DNA of 64,000 nt from a cyanobacterium endosymbiont of Rhopalodia gibba (GCA_045159875.1 CP067995.1:512001-576000), one strand, 5' to 3'; counted from the stretch's first letter, positions 1 to 12,546 are shown. Translations and numbers: made by a program. Notes: generated by a model from the sequence alone, not told the origin.

Positions 1-135
1 CAATTAGATGGTATTAATTCTCACCATATTATCGAGGCAACTTTTAAAGCCTTTGCGAGATCAATGCGGATGGCTTTAGAAATTGATCTCCGTTGTTCCC
101 ATACTGTTCCTAGTTCTAAGGGAATGTTAGTTTGA
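1..135 (+). CDS. hisB: Imidazoleglycerol-phosphate dehydratase, C-terminal part (truncated by window edge)
   Basis: Frame 1 reads [29 protein letters not shown]...PSSKGMLV*, with the IGPD NxHHxxE motif and PSSKG C-terminus. Confidence 0.95.
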   Translation, partial: QLDGINSHHIIEATFKAFARSMRMALEIDLRCSHTVPSSKGMLV

Positions 136-138
136 GAT

Positions 139-184
139 TGGATTTCTTATCAAAAATCACTAGTGATTTTTGATAAGAAATCCA
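139..184. repeat. Perfect 46-bp palindrome with no spacer; probable bidirectional terminator
   Basis: TGGATTTCTTATCAAAAATCACT|AGTGATTTTTGATAAGAAATCCA, just after the hisB stop and facing a convergent pseudogene. Confidence 0.85.
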
Positions 185-189
185 CGGTT

Positions 190-1150
190 TTTAAATGACC
201 TAAATGTTGTCAAGTTCAAAGAAAAATTTATCAATAGTTCTTTAACGGTTGTCTTTCCCATTACACTCTCTCTCGCAGGGACTAGTATTCTAAATTGGTG
301 AAATTGAGGAACTGATAATCATAATTGAGTAAACTCTGACTAGGTTAACCATGGAGATACGGATGAAGTTAAGGAATTAAGGAATTGTAGTTAATACTAA
401 CTTATCCTTTGACCAATCCATTTTTATTAACGATGGTCTTTCTAAGAAAAATGTATAATGGGTAATATTTTCTAGAGCAAGTAATTATGTAAATTAATAT
501 GGTTGGTAATTACTTAAATCATTTGACCATTTTGTTAAATCTTCAGTATTTTTAATTAATTTTTATGATTTCTAATATTAAGGATTATCAAAACCTTATC
601 TTTGCAGTCTTCTTCTTTGTCTCTTCGCAGAAAGGTAATCAGCTGTTGTATCAATTGAATTTCCTAACGTTCTAATTCTGCATAAACAAAAATATAAAAA
701 ATTTCTCCTGGGTCCAGTTTTTAGATATGGCTTAAATTTCAACGATGGTATTAGGTAAATGCTTAAGTCCCCCCACACAATTAATCTGAATTCTTCTGGT
801 AGTTATGCAATATCTATTAATTTTAAATGTTTAAAATTAACAGATACTTTATTTTTAGCAGCCACTCCTGACTTGTAACAACGTTCCTGGGCAATTCCTC
901 AGGCTTTTTTACTCAAATCAATTCCTACAATATTAGTATTGGGGTTCAGCATAATTAAATACCCGGTTCTTACCCCTGTTCTATACTCTACATCATAAGA
1001 TACAAACTTCTTGTATAGAAGATTTTGGTACAGGAACAAAATCGTCAATTATACCTAGGTGGCGGTTCATCATAATAAGGGTTTAGTAAGAAAGGGATAG
1101 ATTTTATAAAGAAGTTGAAAGACGCAACTTTCCTGAGATTACTGAGATTA
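190..1150 (-). pseudogene. Degraded class I SAM-dependent methyltransferase
   Basis: Fragments across frames: DEPPPRYN, LNPNTNIVGIDLSKKA*GIAQERC, CVGGLKHLPN, FVYAELER, PSQSLLNYDYQ; many stops and frameshifts; boundaries approximate. Confidence 0.7.
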
Positions 1151-1225
1151 CCAATAGGTCTTTTAAAGAATGGGGGAGATGGGGTAAAAGGAAAGGAAGT
1201 TGACCTTTGACTTTTACATAGCGTT

Positions 1226-2875
1226 TTACTCCCATTCAATGGTCCCAGGGGGTTTAGAAGTAATGTCATAAACGACACGATTAACCCCTTCAACTTCATT
1301 CACAATGCGGTTTGAGATACTTTCAAGTAAGTCGTAGGGAACCCTGGCCCAATCGGCGGTCATCCCGTCTTCACTGGTAATCAACCGTAAAACAATAGGA
1401 TGAGCATAGGTGCGTTGATCTCCCATCACTCCTACACTTCGCACCGGTAAAAGTACAGCAAATGCTTGCCACAACTCATGATACATCCCATTTTTAGTAA
1501 TTTCATCACGCACGATAAAATCTGCATCCCGCATTAAATTAAGACTTTCAGAAGTCACTTCCCCCAGGATGCGAATGGCTAACCCAGGTCCAGGAAAGGG
1601 ATGACGGCGGACAATTTCTTCAGGTAAGCCTATCACCCGGCCAAGTTTACGAACTTCATCTTTGAACAGTTTGCGTAGAGGTTCTACCAATTTAAAGCGG
1701 AGATTTTTGGGAAGTCCTCCTACATTGTGATGGCTTTTAATTTTAACAGCTACCCGTTCTCCCGTTTTTGGATCAACATTACTGTCAGCAGATTCAATCA
1801 CATCAGGGTAGAGAGTTCCTTGAGCTAGATAATCAAAAGGTCCCAGGCGATCTGACTCTTCTTCGAAAACTTGAATAAATTCGTGTCCAATGAGACGTCG
1901 TTTGGTTTCGGGATCAGTGACATCTCTAAGTTGTGCTAAAAATCGGTCTCTGGCGTTTACATACTCAACACTAATATGAAACTCCTTATTAAAGATGTCC
2001 ACTAATCTTTCGGGTTCTCCTTTTCGCATAAACCCTTGATCAATGAACATACAAGTCAGTTGATTTCCGATGGCACGATGGAGAAGAAAAGCTAAGGTGG
2101 ACGAATCTACTCCACCAGAGAGAGCTAATAAAACTCGCTTATCTTTGACTTTAGCACGAATCTCTCGAATAGATTCGTCAATAAAGGCTTCGGTTGTCCA
2201 AATCGGTTCACATTGACAGATATGATAGACAAAGTTGCGAATTAGGGCAATTCCCCCCACGGAATGAACAACTTCTGGGTGAAATTGAACCCCGAAAAGT
2301 TTCTTTTGATGATCTGCAATCGCAGCGCAAGGAGTATTATCGGTGTGGGCTAAAATTTCAAAACCTTCGGGGAGTTGAGTACAGGAGTCACCATGACTCA
2401 TCCACATGGTCGTACCTTCTTCAACGTTGGTAAGTAAATTTGTGGGATCATCGATATGTAGGGACGCTTTGCCATATTCTCCTTTTTTTGCCCTTTCTAC
2501 TTGCCCTCCTAATTGTTGAACCATAAGTTGCATTCCGTAGCAAACCCCTAGGATAGGGATACCTAGGTGAAAGATTTTGGGCTCACATTGAGGGGCGCGG
2601 CTGTCATAGACAGAATTAGGTCCTCCTGACAGAATAATTCCTTGGGGATTTAGCTGACTTATTTCTTCAACTGTAGTTCTATAAGATAGAACTTCTGAGT
2701 AAACTTCTGTTTCACGAATACGACGGGCAATTAATTCTGAATATTGGGAACCAAAGTCCAGAATAACTATAATTTGGCGATTTAGCTTGTCTTCGACGGG
2801 CTTTGTTGACAAAGTCTCTGTAGGTTGGGTTAGATCAGGCGTTTGGGTAGTCACGTTTAAGGCGATTTTGTACAA
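1226..2875 (-). CDS. guaA: GMP synthase (glutamine-hydrolysing); true start possibly GTG at 2854
   Basis: [36 protein letters not shown] and KPPGTIEWE motifs. Confidence 0.98.
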   Translation of the reverse strand: MYKIALNVTTQTPDLTQPTETLSTKPVEDKLNRQIIVILDFGSQYSELIARRIRETEVYSEVLSYRTTVEEISQLNPQGIILSGGPNSVYDSRAPQCEPKIFHLGIPILGVCYGMQLMVQQLGGQVERAKKGEYGKASLHIDDPTNLLTNVEEGTTMWMSHGDSCTQLPEGFEILAHTDNTPCAAIADHQKKLFGVQFHPEVVHSVGGIALIRNFVYHICQCEPIWTTEAFIDESIREIRAKVKDKRVLLALSGGVDSSTLAFLLHRAIGNQLTCMFIDQGFMRKGEPERLVDIFNKEFHISVEYVNARDRFLAQLRDVTDPETKRRLIGHEFIQVFEEESDRLGPFDYLAQGTLYPDVIESADSNVDPKTGERVAVKIKSHHNVGGLPKNLRFKLVEPLRKLFKDEVRKLGRVIGLPEEIVRRHPFPGPGLAIRILGEVTSESLNLMRDADFIVRDEITKNGMYHELWQAFAVLLPVRSVGVMGDQRTYAHPIVLRLITSEDGMTADWARVPYDLLESISNRIVNEVEGVNRVVYDITSKPPGTIEWE

Positions 2876-3011
2876 TAAGGACTAACAGTTGCAAGTTGCT
2901 AAAATTGACTGAAAAATGAGCTGACAATTGATTTTTTTTAGATGACGATAATCAAGAGTTACATTTGGACTGTTTTAATCATTAATTCTATCATTACAAG
3001 TTGTTTAAAAC

Positions 3012-3033
3012 CTCGATTTTTATCAAAATCGAG
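3012..3033. terminator. Stem-loop downstream of the metallophosphoesterase gene
   Basis: CTCGATTTT-TATC-AAAATCGAG inverted repeat. Confidence 0.4.
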
Positions 3034-3086
3034 AGGAGTCTTTATTTTGATGTATTACGATTATCTAGTTGAAAATCATTTGTTTT

Positions 3087-4181
3087 TTATAGTTCGAGGC
3101 GTGCACAATTATCGATTAAGGCAGGAGTTCCGTCGGGTTTAACTGAGCCAAATTTTTGGAAATAATAGCGGATTTCTGTAGGAAATTCAGGAAAATCGAA
3201 TAAGTTATCTCCTTCAGCAATATCAGCCCAGAAATATTTTAAAGAAGGAACTAATTTTTCAGCTTCTTTCATAGATATTTCAAAAGGTGAAGCAATCAAT
3301 AATTTGAGCATGAAAGGAAAAGAGCGCTCTCCAAGTAGCTGACGAGACATTGTGGTCAAATTCTCCCAACCAGGGACTTTATCGACTCGATGGGATTTAA
3401 TATTAAGATTGATATTGTTTTGATATGTTCGTTCAACTTCTATAATTCGATAGGGATGGGGATAACTAACCAAAGAACCAGTCGTAATTTCGTAAATATT
3501 ATTATGATAAGCGATATCTTGAATGTGCAAATGACCGGTAAAAATAAGCTGACAACCTGTATTTTTCAACAGCTCTAATAACAAAGAGGCATTGTCCAGC
3601 ATATAGCGTTTACCTAGGGGGTGATTTGCCTGTCTTGGTAAATGTTCAACAACATTATGATGAATTATTATCAAAATTAATTGGTCTTTAAGTTGAGGAA
3701 GTAATTTTTCTAACCAGGTTAATTGTTTTTCATCTAAACAACCTAATTGTTTCCCATCTTCATTAAATTTATTAGAATTAAGTCCAATTAATTGGACTCC
3801 TGGCAAAACTTCATGAGTATAGTAACATTGATGACTATTACTGTAACCATGAGAACGATAGTACTTGGGAAACTCTCGAAGACCAATAGTGTTTTGTGTT
3901 GAATACAAGGTAGGAATATCATGGTTACCAGGAACAACATATACTGGAAACGGTAAGAGCGCCAAACGTTGTTGCAACCAATAATGGTTATCAGGTTCTC
4001 CATCCTGAGTTAAATCCCCTGGAATTAAGAGAAAATCCAGATCAAGTTGTTCTAAATGACTAAAGACCTTTTCTATAGCTAAAATACCGATCTCTACTAT
4101 AGAAAAGCGGGTATGGTCATGGTTTATGGTGTAGGGAACTGCTAAATGGGGATCACTGATAATGGCAAAGCGAAATTTCAT
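3087..4181 (-). CDS. Calcineurin-like metallophosphoesterase
   Basis: SDPH, GDLT, GNHD, HH and GHLH motifs. Confidence 0.9.
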   Translation of the reverse strand: MKFRFAIISDPHLAVPYTINHDHTRFSIVEIGILAIEKVFSHLEQLDLDFLLIPGDLTQDGEPDNHYWLQQRLALLPFPVYVVPGNHDIPTLYSTQNTIGLREFPKYYRSHGYSNSHQCYYTHEVLPGVQLIGLNSNKFNEDGKQLGCLDEKQLTWLEKLLPQLKDQLILIIIHHNVVEHLPRQANHPLGKRYMLDNASLLLELLKNTGCQLIFTGHLHIQDIAYHNNIYEITTGSLVSYPHPYRIIEVERTYQNNINLNIKSHRVDKVPGWENLTTMSRQLLGERSFPFMLKLLIASPFEISMKEAEKLVPSLKYFWADIAEGDNLFDFPEFPTEIRYYFQKFGSVKPDGTPALIDNCARLEL

Positions 4182-4237
4182 ACACTATAACAATGGTAGA
4201 GTCTTCTTTTTATAGAAAAGTATAGGAGGGATTCATT

Positions 4238-4903
4238 TTGAGACGAGTTCGTGTTCGTCAACACGTTAATCCATTTAGTGATAAATATCGCCAACCAATC
4301 GCACTTCCTCATTGGAAAGATATTTACGGCAACCTAGTACAACCGCTTCATTTGGATATTGGATGTGCAAGGGGAAAGTTTTTATTAAAAATGGCGTCTT
4401 TGTATCCAAAGACGAATTTCTTAGGAATAGAAATTCGAGAACCGTTAGTGACAGAAGCTAATGAACACCGCGATCGCTTAGGACTGACAAATCTTCATTT
4501 CCTCTTCTGTAATATTAACCTATTTTTGAATTATTTACTTGCTTCCTTGCACTCAGATGTTCTTCAATGGGTGACAATTCAATTTCCAGATCCTTGGTTT
4601 AAACATCGTCACCTAAAACGGCGGATTGTGCAACCAGAATTGGTCGATACGTTAGCACAATATTTAGCCGATGGAGGAACAGTATTTTTGCAATCTGATA
4701 TAGAAATAGTTGCTCAAGAAATGGGGGAACGATTTTTAGATTCTCCTAATTTTAAAAAACAACATTCAGAAAAATGGTTGCCGGAAAACCCATTTTCTGT
4801 TGCTACAGAAAGAGAAGTTGCTTCTCTTAATAAGGGAAAATCTATTTATCGATTGTTGCTAAAAAAATCGAATAAACTAGTTCCTCTTTATTGGACGTTA
4901 TAA
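4238..4903 (+). CDS. trmB: tRNA (guanine-N7)-methyltransferase
   Basis: RVRQHVNP, DIGCARGKF, GIEIR, FPDPWFK and TERE motifs. Confidence 0.95.
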   Translation: MRRVRVRQHVNPFSDKYRQPIALPHWKDIYGNLVQPLHLDIGCARGKFLLKMASLYPKTNFLGIEIREPLVTEANEHRDRLGLTNLHFLFCNINLFLNYLLASLHSDVLQWVTIQFPDPWFKHRHLKRRIVQPELVDTLAQYLADGGTVFLQSDIEIVAQEMGERFLDSPNFKKQHSEKWLPENPFSVATEREVASLNKGKSIYRLLLKKSNKLVPLYWTL

Positions 4904-4956
4904 AACAATGAAAAAAATAGTATAAGTATAAATCCTTTTGTATATCAACAGAACAG

Positions 4957-4998
4957 ACATCTACTCATAAGGAACAAACATTTACTCATAAGGGACAA
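4957..4998 (+). repeat. 21-bp tandem duplication with 2 mismatches
   Basis: ACATCTACTCATAAGGAACAA followed by ACATTTACTCATAAGGGACAA. Confidence 0.7.
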
Positions 4999-6649
4999 TG
5001 ATAAAAAATATTCTCTTATATAAGAAAATATTTTTTATCATTAAGATTAGTCCTTCAATTTAAATAGAATTTAACCCATTACTTGATTTCATTAATCATA
5101 TAATTAATTGTTATGGTGTACAAGTAGCTATCTATCATCTTATCAGTCAAGATAAAATATTGATAGAATATTAAAAATATCCTCAGTTTTAGTGAAGCTC
5201 TATCAAATAAAAGAGGAAATAAGAAAAATTGAAAACCTCAAAAAATAAGTAATTAGGCTTTTGAAGATTTGTTATACAGTAGACAGATTTACAAAATTAC
5301 CTGAAATTTTATTAATCTAACTCCATAAAAAGTAGGGGAAAAAATCAATTTAAAAATCAAATTAATTACGAAGATCAGCTAATGGCTTAACTGACTTTGA
5401 TTATTTTAGAGATAGAGTTTTATTAAACAAATATTTATCCTACTAATTTATGATACTTAATTGAGAAAAGCTAACAAACTTGAGCCAGAAATTTTTTTTG
5501 TGTTCACAAGAATTACAAATTTTAATCTTGGAAAATTACTTTTTTGAAAAATAAGGAGCAAGTTAGTGTGTTTGTTTAATAATTAATTGTTTTAAACATT
5601 GTCAAAATAAATAATACTTGTCAAAAAATGGTGTTATCAAAATGACGAGAAATTCAATATAAATTTGATGCTTATTTTTTAAAAAAATCGAGTCATTTCA
5701 AATTATTCGAGTTTTGAGTGTATTCAACAGAAATCACTTAAAGCAAAGTAGTATAAAAACATAATTTAAATGATTATTTGTATCATCTAAATTATGTGAA
5801 AATTGTTAAATTTAAATTGATTTAAAATATCTTTTTAAAAATAAGTAGTTAGATATAAACTATTAAGATTTTATAAGTTGTTATTGCTATTATTATAAAT
5901 AAATGTAACTATTAATAATTTTTTTTCAATCATACTATTATTTTCTTATTGAAGGGCTTATTAAAATAATTTATGAAGTCTTATAAAGTCTTGAGTTTTA
6001 AAAAATTCTATTTGTAGAGAATAAAACAAAAGTGTTCCCTGATAACTCCAAGCAATTCACAATGATTCCCGCCTAACTAAACGCTTTTTCAACGCTTCAT
6101 AGCAACACTTTGCTATATTGTTTCTGGGTTTATATTTTAAGGTTTATTTTTAGTCTTCTACTGCTTAATTAATCAATTGTTTGTTCTCATAAGTATTAGC
6201 TAAATTATCAAAAGCTATCATATATCATTCATCAAATTGAATTGCCTCTTGATAGTTACGAATTCCTCAGTATATCTGCTCTTGAATGAAAAAAGCATAA
6301 CCTAGAATATTATAAATTAAACTTAGAAACTAAGCTTTAATTTTTTATCTTTCAATGTCTTTTTTAAAAGTTTTACGGACTGTATGTCTAACTTTTTATC
6401 TAAGAAAAGACTGCCTAATTGATAATACTCTTGAGGAGATCAACTTTGTTTTTAAAACTTGTTTTTACACTTAAAAAAGCGACTTTTTGTATGGCGTGTT
6501 TTAATGATTTGAAATAAGATAAAAATTGTTAGTTTTGCCAGAAAAGCGATTACACCAGATAAATAAACCCTTAGAAGAATGTCATTCATAAGATTTAATA
6601 TGACGGATAATAGACATTGTAACGAACAAATTAACTATCAACTATTTAC

Positions 6650-7435
6650 TTATTTACTATCAATTATTGAGGGAAGTCCCCAAAATTCCGCCCGTTTTTG
6701 TAACCAACCCGACTTTTGCCAACGAAGGATCGCTTGATTTACTCGATCGCGTAAACTACTATACTGTAAACCTTTGGGCATTACCACCCCTAAAGCTTCT
6801 GTCGACAGACGAACAGGAAACTGACGATAGGAAGGATAATCTTGTATCCATCCTGCCAGAACACTATTGTCTCCTACAAAGGCATCGGCGGCATCAATTT
6901 CTAATAATGTTAAGGCTTCTTGATAGGAATTGACTCCAATCAGTTGTGCTTGAGGAAATTCTTCACGAATGACAGGTATGGTACTAGAGGCTCTAAGAAC
7001 AGCAATTTTTCCATTAGCTAATCCCTGTAACCCTTTTAGATAGGATTGTTTGGCTACAATTCCTGTTCCATCGAGATAATAATACGGGCTAAACTCAACT
7101 AAACGGTTGCGAGAGGCTGTCACTGTTACCCTAGCAATCACTAAGTCAACTTTGCCGTCAATCATCATTTGTAGACGTTCCTGGTTAGTAACAGGTTGTA
7201 AGATAACTGCTTGACGATCACCGAGTAATTCTTCAGCTAACTGACGAGCGACATCAATTTCAAATCCTTGAAGCTGTCCTTCTTGAGGAGAAAATCCTAA
7301 AGGGCGAACATTATCTTTAACGGCAATAATTACTTTGCCTCGACGCAAAATTTCGTCTAATTCCACTGTTCGAGCCGGACTCATTCCAAGGGTAAGAAGG
7401 AAGCTAATTAGACAAGTTAAGAAAACTTTTCTCAT
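6650..7435 (-). CDS. Polar amino-acid ABC transporter substrate-binding protein (family 3)
   Basis: Signal peptide MRKVFLTCLISFLLTLG, GFEIDVARQLA, DLVIARVTVTASR, FSPYYYLDG; start taken at the second Met. Confidence 0.85.
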   Translation of the reverse strand: MRKVFLTCLISFLLTLGMSPARTVELDEILRRGKVIIAVKDNVRPLGFSPQEGQLQGFEIDVARQLAEELLGDRQAVILQPVTNQERLQMMIDGKVDLVIARVTVTASRNRLVEFSPYYYLDGTGIVAKQSYLKGLQGLANGKIAVLRASSTIPVIREEFPQAQLIGVNSYQEALTLLEIDAADAFVGDNSVLAGWIQDYPSYRQFPVRLSTEALGVVMPKGLQYSSLRDRVNQAILRWQKSGWLQKRAEFWGLPSIIDSK

Positions 7436-8198
7436 AAAAATTGATTGAAAATAAAGGCAAGTTTCCACCTTATCTTAATCAAGCTAATTATTTCTTTCAA
7501 TTGTTTTTGTAAATTTTTTCATAGCGTTTTAATTGTCTCCTAACTAGTTAATTTAATCTTGAGTAAGGGCAGCTATCTGATTATGCTTGTGCTAAAGATC
7601 ACAAGTGTAATCAGATGCTTATCTGGCCGTAGGTCGACTGAGTCAACAGTTTCATTCTGCAAAATATAAGTAGCGACATCAACACCAACGGTGAATGTAA
7701 TCTCATCTTTGCCCTATCTTAGGGGTTTAGCTGTAATCACGGTTCATCTATTAACAGCCTTTCAAGCTATTTATGTATTGGTTTTAGGCATAATAACCAT
7801 AAGCTATTCTACTTCAAATTTTTCTAAAAAATCAACTGTTTGTAAAAAGGTTATGTCACTATTCAAACATCTAAGTAGACTTGAACATCTTTAGACAGCT
7901 ACATCTTCTAAGAGCTTAGTCTCTGGTATATTTTTTTATTATTCAATAGATGCTTAGAGTTTCATTGGATAAATTAGTATTAAATTGAGCCAAATAGATA
8001 AGCTTAAATATTTTTTAGAAAAAAAGTTTACAAGCAATGAGTGCAAGATACTAGACTATCCAAAAATTGGGATAACAGAATCATAAAAGTAAGAATTATC
8101 ATCTACTTATAGTTTACAATTATTTTTAACACAAGAGAAACCGTATTAAATAAAAAAATAAAAGATTAGAAAATTGCCGTAATAATAAAAATTATAGT

Positions 8199-8243
8199 AA
8201 AATAAACCTTTATATTAACTACTTCAATATAAAGGTTTATTTT
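8199..8243. repeat. 18-bp inverted repeat with 9-nt loop followed by a T-tract; orphan terminator-like
   Basis: AAAATAAACCTTTATATT-N9-AATATAAAGGTTTATTTT. Confidence 0.65.
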
Positions 8244-9768
8244 TTTGCGTTCATTTATAGCTACTTATTCAATTTTAATAGAGCCAAAGCCAAGTTGTTA
8301 CTCAAGACCATTGAGACAAGCAAACTAATTAATATAATTATCGACATAATGGCTAAGTGATTAATACAAATGATTTTAACTTTTCTAGACTAGCCAGGGT
8401 AAAATTTTAATAAATAGAGACTATATTACTAACTTCTAATTTAGAGTTTGAGTACTATAAAACCCATAATTCCTAGTTTATTTACGTTTAAAATAGCATA
8501 GACACAAATTATTAACCACTAAGACAGTCTAAGTCAATGTTAACTTATGCAACGTAGAAAGACTTACTAGAAATAGATTCTAGCAGCTATTTACAGCGGT
8601 TTATATAAATTTTTACTATTAATCTTTTAATGGATTTATACTTTTTTTGATTAAATAATTTTAAAATTTGTAATTCTTCTCCACTATCAGCAATAATCTG
8701 ATTTTTGTTATCGATTGAGATAGTATCAACCCTTGAAATTGGTAAATTCTTATTGAGTAATTCGTTGATTTTATTTAATCTAAGAGAAACATAAATAATT
8801 CCAACAAATTCTTTTTCATGACCCTTATGAATAAGTACTTCAATGCTAGTGTGAAGAATATTGTTGGCGCTATTACAGTAAACCTCAGTTCTTTTGTGAT
8901 AGCACTAATGGGTGCATGTCTTACTATTTTGGAACTTAGTTAAATATATCTTCATAAGAAACAACTCTTTATGCTTAACCTGAGGATAAGCTTGGATTAG
9001 ATTTCCCTGACTATTGGTGATGTAAACATACTAAAAATCGGGAATAAATATCTATTTTATCAGTTTAATTTTGGTTTATAGTACAGAGAAGTTGATAGTA
9101 GTCTATTTTCTTAGTTCTTATTGGACACTTTTAAGTAACTACACATCAAATTAATATTAAATTTGGGATAGTCAAAGTTTATGATCTTGTTTTAATTTCG
9201 TATTCAAACTATTATTTGAACATGATCAACCATCTTTGTCAATTAAAAACAGGTAAAATTTAATCCTAAAATAGTCCAATTGATGGAAACCATAGCAATA
9301 TTTAATACAGGCTATCGAGTCTAACCAAATTAGGACAACGGAGTACTAACAAACAAAACAATAAAAATCGTCTCTTTTGTAAGAATTACAATAGCATAGG
9401 GATATTCTCACAACAGATTAAGTGCAGATACTACTAATAAATAGTACGATAGTTTTTAAAAAATATTCTAATTGTGAAGAACAATTCAAACTGCAACTGT
9501 CTCAAGTAGAAAATTTATGCCCAAAAAGCGGTAACTTAAAATAATTGTCTAAGAATTCTACTATTAACAACAAACCAAGACCTGAATGATACTTTCACTT
9601 CACCCTAAGTATAGGGTATTTCGTCCAAATCTCTTCTAGCTAACGCGTATTTGTAGTTTCTTTCGTTTATTTTTAGAAGTCAATTATTGCTATTAAGAAA
9701 AAGACTGAGATCACCAATCTGTTAAACAGTAAACTTTATCTATCATGACTAGTATAAAAATTGCTTAA

Positions 9769-10323
9769 TTAAAAGGGAAGCTCTGGGATATTACTTACTA
9801 CTGCATTAATTTTTTGATAAATATCAGCCAGGCGATCACCGTCTACATGAATTTCAGAAGTAGGGTAATTTTCTAAGATTTCGATCACCCGAATATTACG
9901 CTCAGAGAGTGCAGAAGTTACTAAAGCTCCTCTTAATGATTCCCGATCAGCCCGTCTTGAGGGAGTATGGATTACTTGGCTAACTTTATCTAATACGAAA
10001 TCACCAGCAAAACTTTTCAGGATTTTGGACAAAAATACAGGGTCGACATCCACATTTTGATTGAGGATACGGCGTAAATCTTCAGGCTGTTTATTTGCTA
10101 TTTTGAGATAAGAATTCAAGGAAGAAGAGATTTTCCCTGTTTTAGCCAAGGTACTTAACTCAGAAATACAAACTGACTCTCGTAAAATACTATATTCCAG
10201 TATAATTTTATCAGCTGCTTTAACTAGCGGATTAGCATAAAGTGCTCCAAAATTTCCTAAGATTAAGTTTAAGCTTAACCGATAGACTAGACTAAATTTT
10301 ATGAACTTTTTCATCACTATCAA
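9769..10323 (-). CDS. DUF1400 (alpha/beta hydrolase-associated) cyanobacterial protein
   Basis: Signal-like N-terminus, AADKIILEY, VIHTPS...LRGALV, ILENYPTSEIHVDG. Confidence 0.75.
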   Translation of the reverse strand: MIVMKKFIKFSLVYRLSLNLILGNFGALYANPLVKAADKIILEYSILRESVCISELSTLAKTGKISSSLNSYLKIANKQPEDLRRILNQNVDVDPVFLSKILKSFAGDFVLDKVSQVIHTPSRRADRESLRGALVTSALSERNIRVIEILENYPTSEIHVDGDRLADIYQKINAVVSNIPELPF

Positions 10324-11418
10324 TTAAATTCAATAATTTTTAATATATATTTTACATCAGGTAAAAAATAAAAAATTTAGTAGTATACTAATACTTTTGA
10401 TTTTAGTGAGGTGTTAAGTCTCCTTTTGTCCTTAACCTTTAATATTCTTTATGTAGAATCCTCACTCGTATTCATTTCCCTAAATGGGATATCATAAAAA
10501 GTTTAACAAAACTTATTAATTCTTGATCAAAATAAAACATAGCTTATCTAACTAGGTCTTTTAGTCTAGCCTCCACCGTTGCGGTATATTAGAACTTCAT
10601 CTTAACCAAGAATTATATAAAACTTCTAGTTTAACGTAGACCATTAGAGAGGTGACTAAGTTTTCTACTGTTTGATTTATTTGACAACGATGTCTCCCAT
10701 TTCCGAACAAAATAGCAAATACTTTGGAGAGCGCTAAGTATCTTCAATCAAAGTTAGGGTGGCGATAATTATAAAATTAGCTAAATTAACAAATTTTTTC
10801 TTATTAACTTTTTTTAAAAAAAATATTGTCAATGGCTAGATTTATTAGTCTATGTTATAGATTTATACTATGCCCAAAAAAAGCTAATTTATAATTTTTT
10901 CTCCCGAAAATACATAACTTAAACTAGTTTAAATTAAAAAAAAATGGTAATTAATTAAATTAAGTTTTATGGTTAACTATATACATCTAAATATTTAATA
11001 TAATAAATTATATTAAAAATAAAATTTAATGGCTAAAAAAATATTATTGCAAGATAATTATATTTTTATTAATTATTAGCTAATATTTTTAATCTCTCTA
11101 ATTTAAATAAAAATAATGTTAATTTTTTTTTAAAAAAAGTTATTTTACAAGAAAAAGTAGAGGAGCAGATTTAGTTGTTTGGAGAAAGGTTATTACTTCT
11201 TATCAAGTTAATTATAATCATTGTTAAGCATCTCTAACAGATTAGGGGTGCCCACGTTCTCTTGATTAAGATGTATTGGGCTTAAAGCTAACTGAAAGGG
11301 CAAATCAGTTAACACGGAAAAGGAAAGTGGTTGGTTTTATTTTTTACTTTTCTTGCATAGCACTATCTTCAAATGGATAGAAAACCCATAAAGTTTATGC
11401 TCTCTGAGGAAAACCCTC

Positions 11419-11806
11419 ATGACAATCAGTCCTCCTCAGAGAGAGGTAAAAGTCGAGATGACAGTAGATAATGATCCAGTTGCTACTTATTTCTAGAAGT
11501 GGGGTAAGTCTAGACATTTTAATCGTACTTCGTCTAGAAGACCCAAAACCACTATCTAGCAGGATTACTGGGGTTAGGCTTTTGATCTTCTTGGGCTTTG
11601 GCTTTGGGCAAAGAGACACCAGATTGATGTCTCTTTGCCCGTAAACAAGTTGTTGGATATGGCTGAGTTGTATCCTAACTTCGCCAAAGGGCTAACCACC
11701 CTCTTTAGCTTGAATCGTGGGGGTTATTCTGACTTTTTAACCTTCAAGGGCGAGTTTAACCCAGTCACTGGCGGACTATGGCTCTCTGATACGGCTCATC
11801 ATCATT
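11419..11806 (+). pseudogene. psaA: Photosystem I P700 apoprotein A1 remnant with internal deletions
   Basis: GAGGA RBS, then MTISPPQREVKV...DPVATYF*KWGK...PKTT / [11 protein letters not shown] / [18 protein letters not shown]...[24 protein letters not shown]. Confidence 0.95.
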
Positions 11807-12365
11807 ATCATTAATAACTCTCTCCATTTCCAACTAGGTTTAGCGTTGGCAAGTTTAATGGTTATAACTTCTTTGGTAGCACAACATATGTATGCCTTAC
11901 CATCCTATGCCTTCATCTCTAAGGACTAAACCACCTGAGCGGTTCTTTATAGTCATCACCAGTACATCGCTGGGTTCTTAATAGTTGGGACTTTTAATTA
12001 CGGTGCTATCTTTTTCGTTCGTAACTACGCTCCTGAAGCTAACAAGCATAAAGTATTGTTTTGGATGTTGGAACACAAAAAGTTCGTGGGCTCTCACTTG
12101 AGTTGAGTGTTTTTATTGCTTGGGTTTCACATCTTAGGTCTATACGTTCACAACATTTTAGTGGTTGCTTTCGGTATTCTTGAAAAGTAAATCTTACATC
12201 GAACCTGTGTTTGCTCAGTTTTTTCAATCGGCTTGTAGCAAAATACTGTATAACTTTGATGTTTTACTGCTTAATCCTGATAGCTTAGCTTTTACCGGTA
12301 CAGCTTACTTACTTGGCTAGTTATACGCCATTAACAGTGGTAATAATTCCTTATTCCTAATAAAT
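11807..12365 (+). pseudogene. psaB: Photosystem I P700 apoprotein A2 internal remnant fused to the psaA remnant
   Basis: [75 protein letters not shown], with stops and frameshifts. Confidence 0.95.
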
Positions 12366-12546
12366 AGTAGGTGGGGGCGGATATCATTGAAGAATCTGAG
12401 CAGAGAAAATAATCAGGAAAAATTCAATTGAAATTTTAAGGGTTACTTCTAACTTTGTTAAATAGTGAATAATAAAAGCAGTTTATACCCGCACTTACCA
12501 ATACCATAAGGGATTGTCCTCGATAATCCCTTATTATCTCACGCAA

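Noticed and set aside
7555..7750. Possible 2Fe-2S ferredoxin remnant on the minus strand (TVD-QS-like fragment)
   Set aside because: The Cys motif cannot be recovered; similarity is too weak to call by eye.
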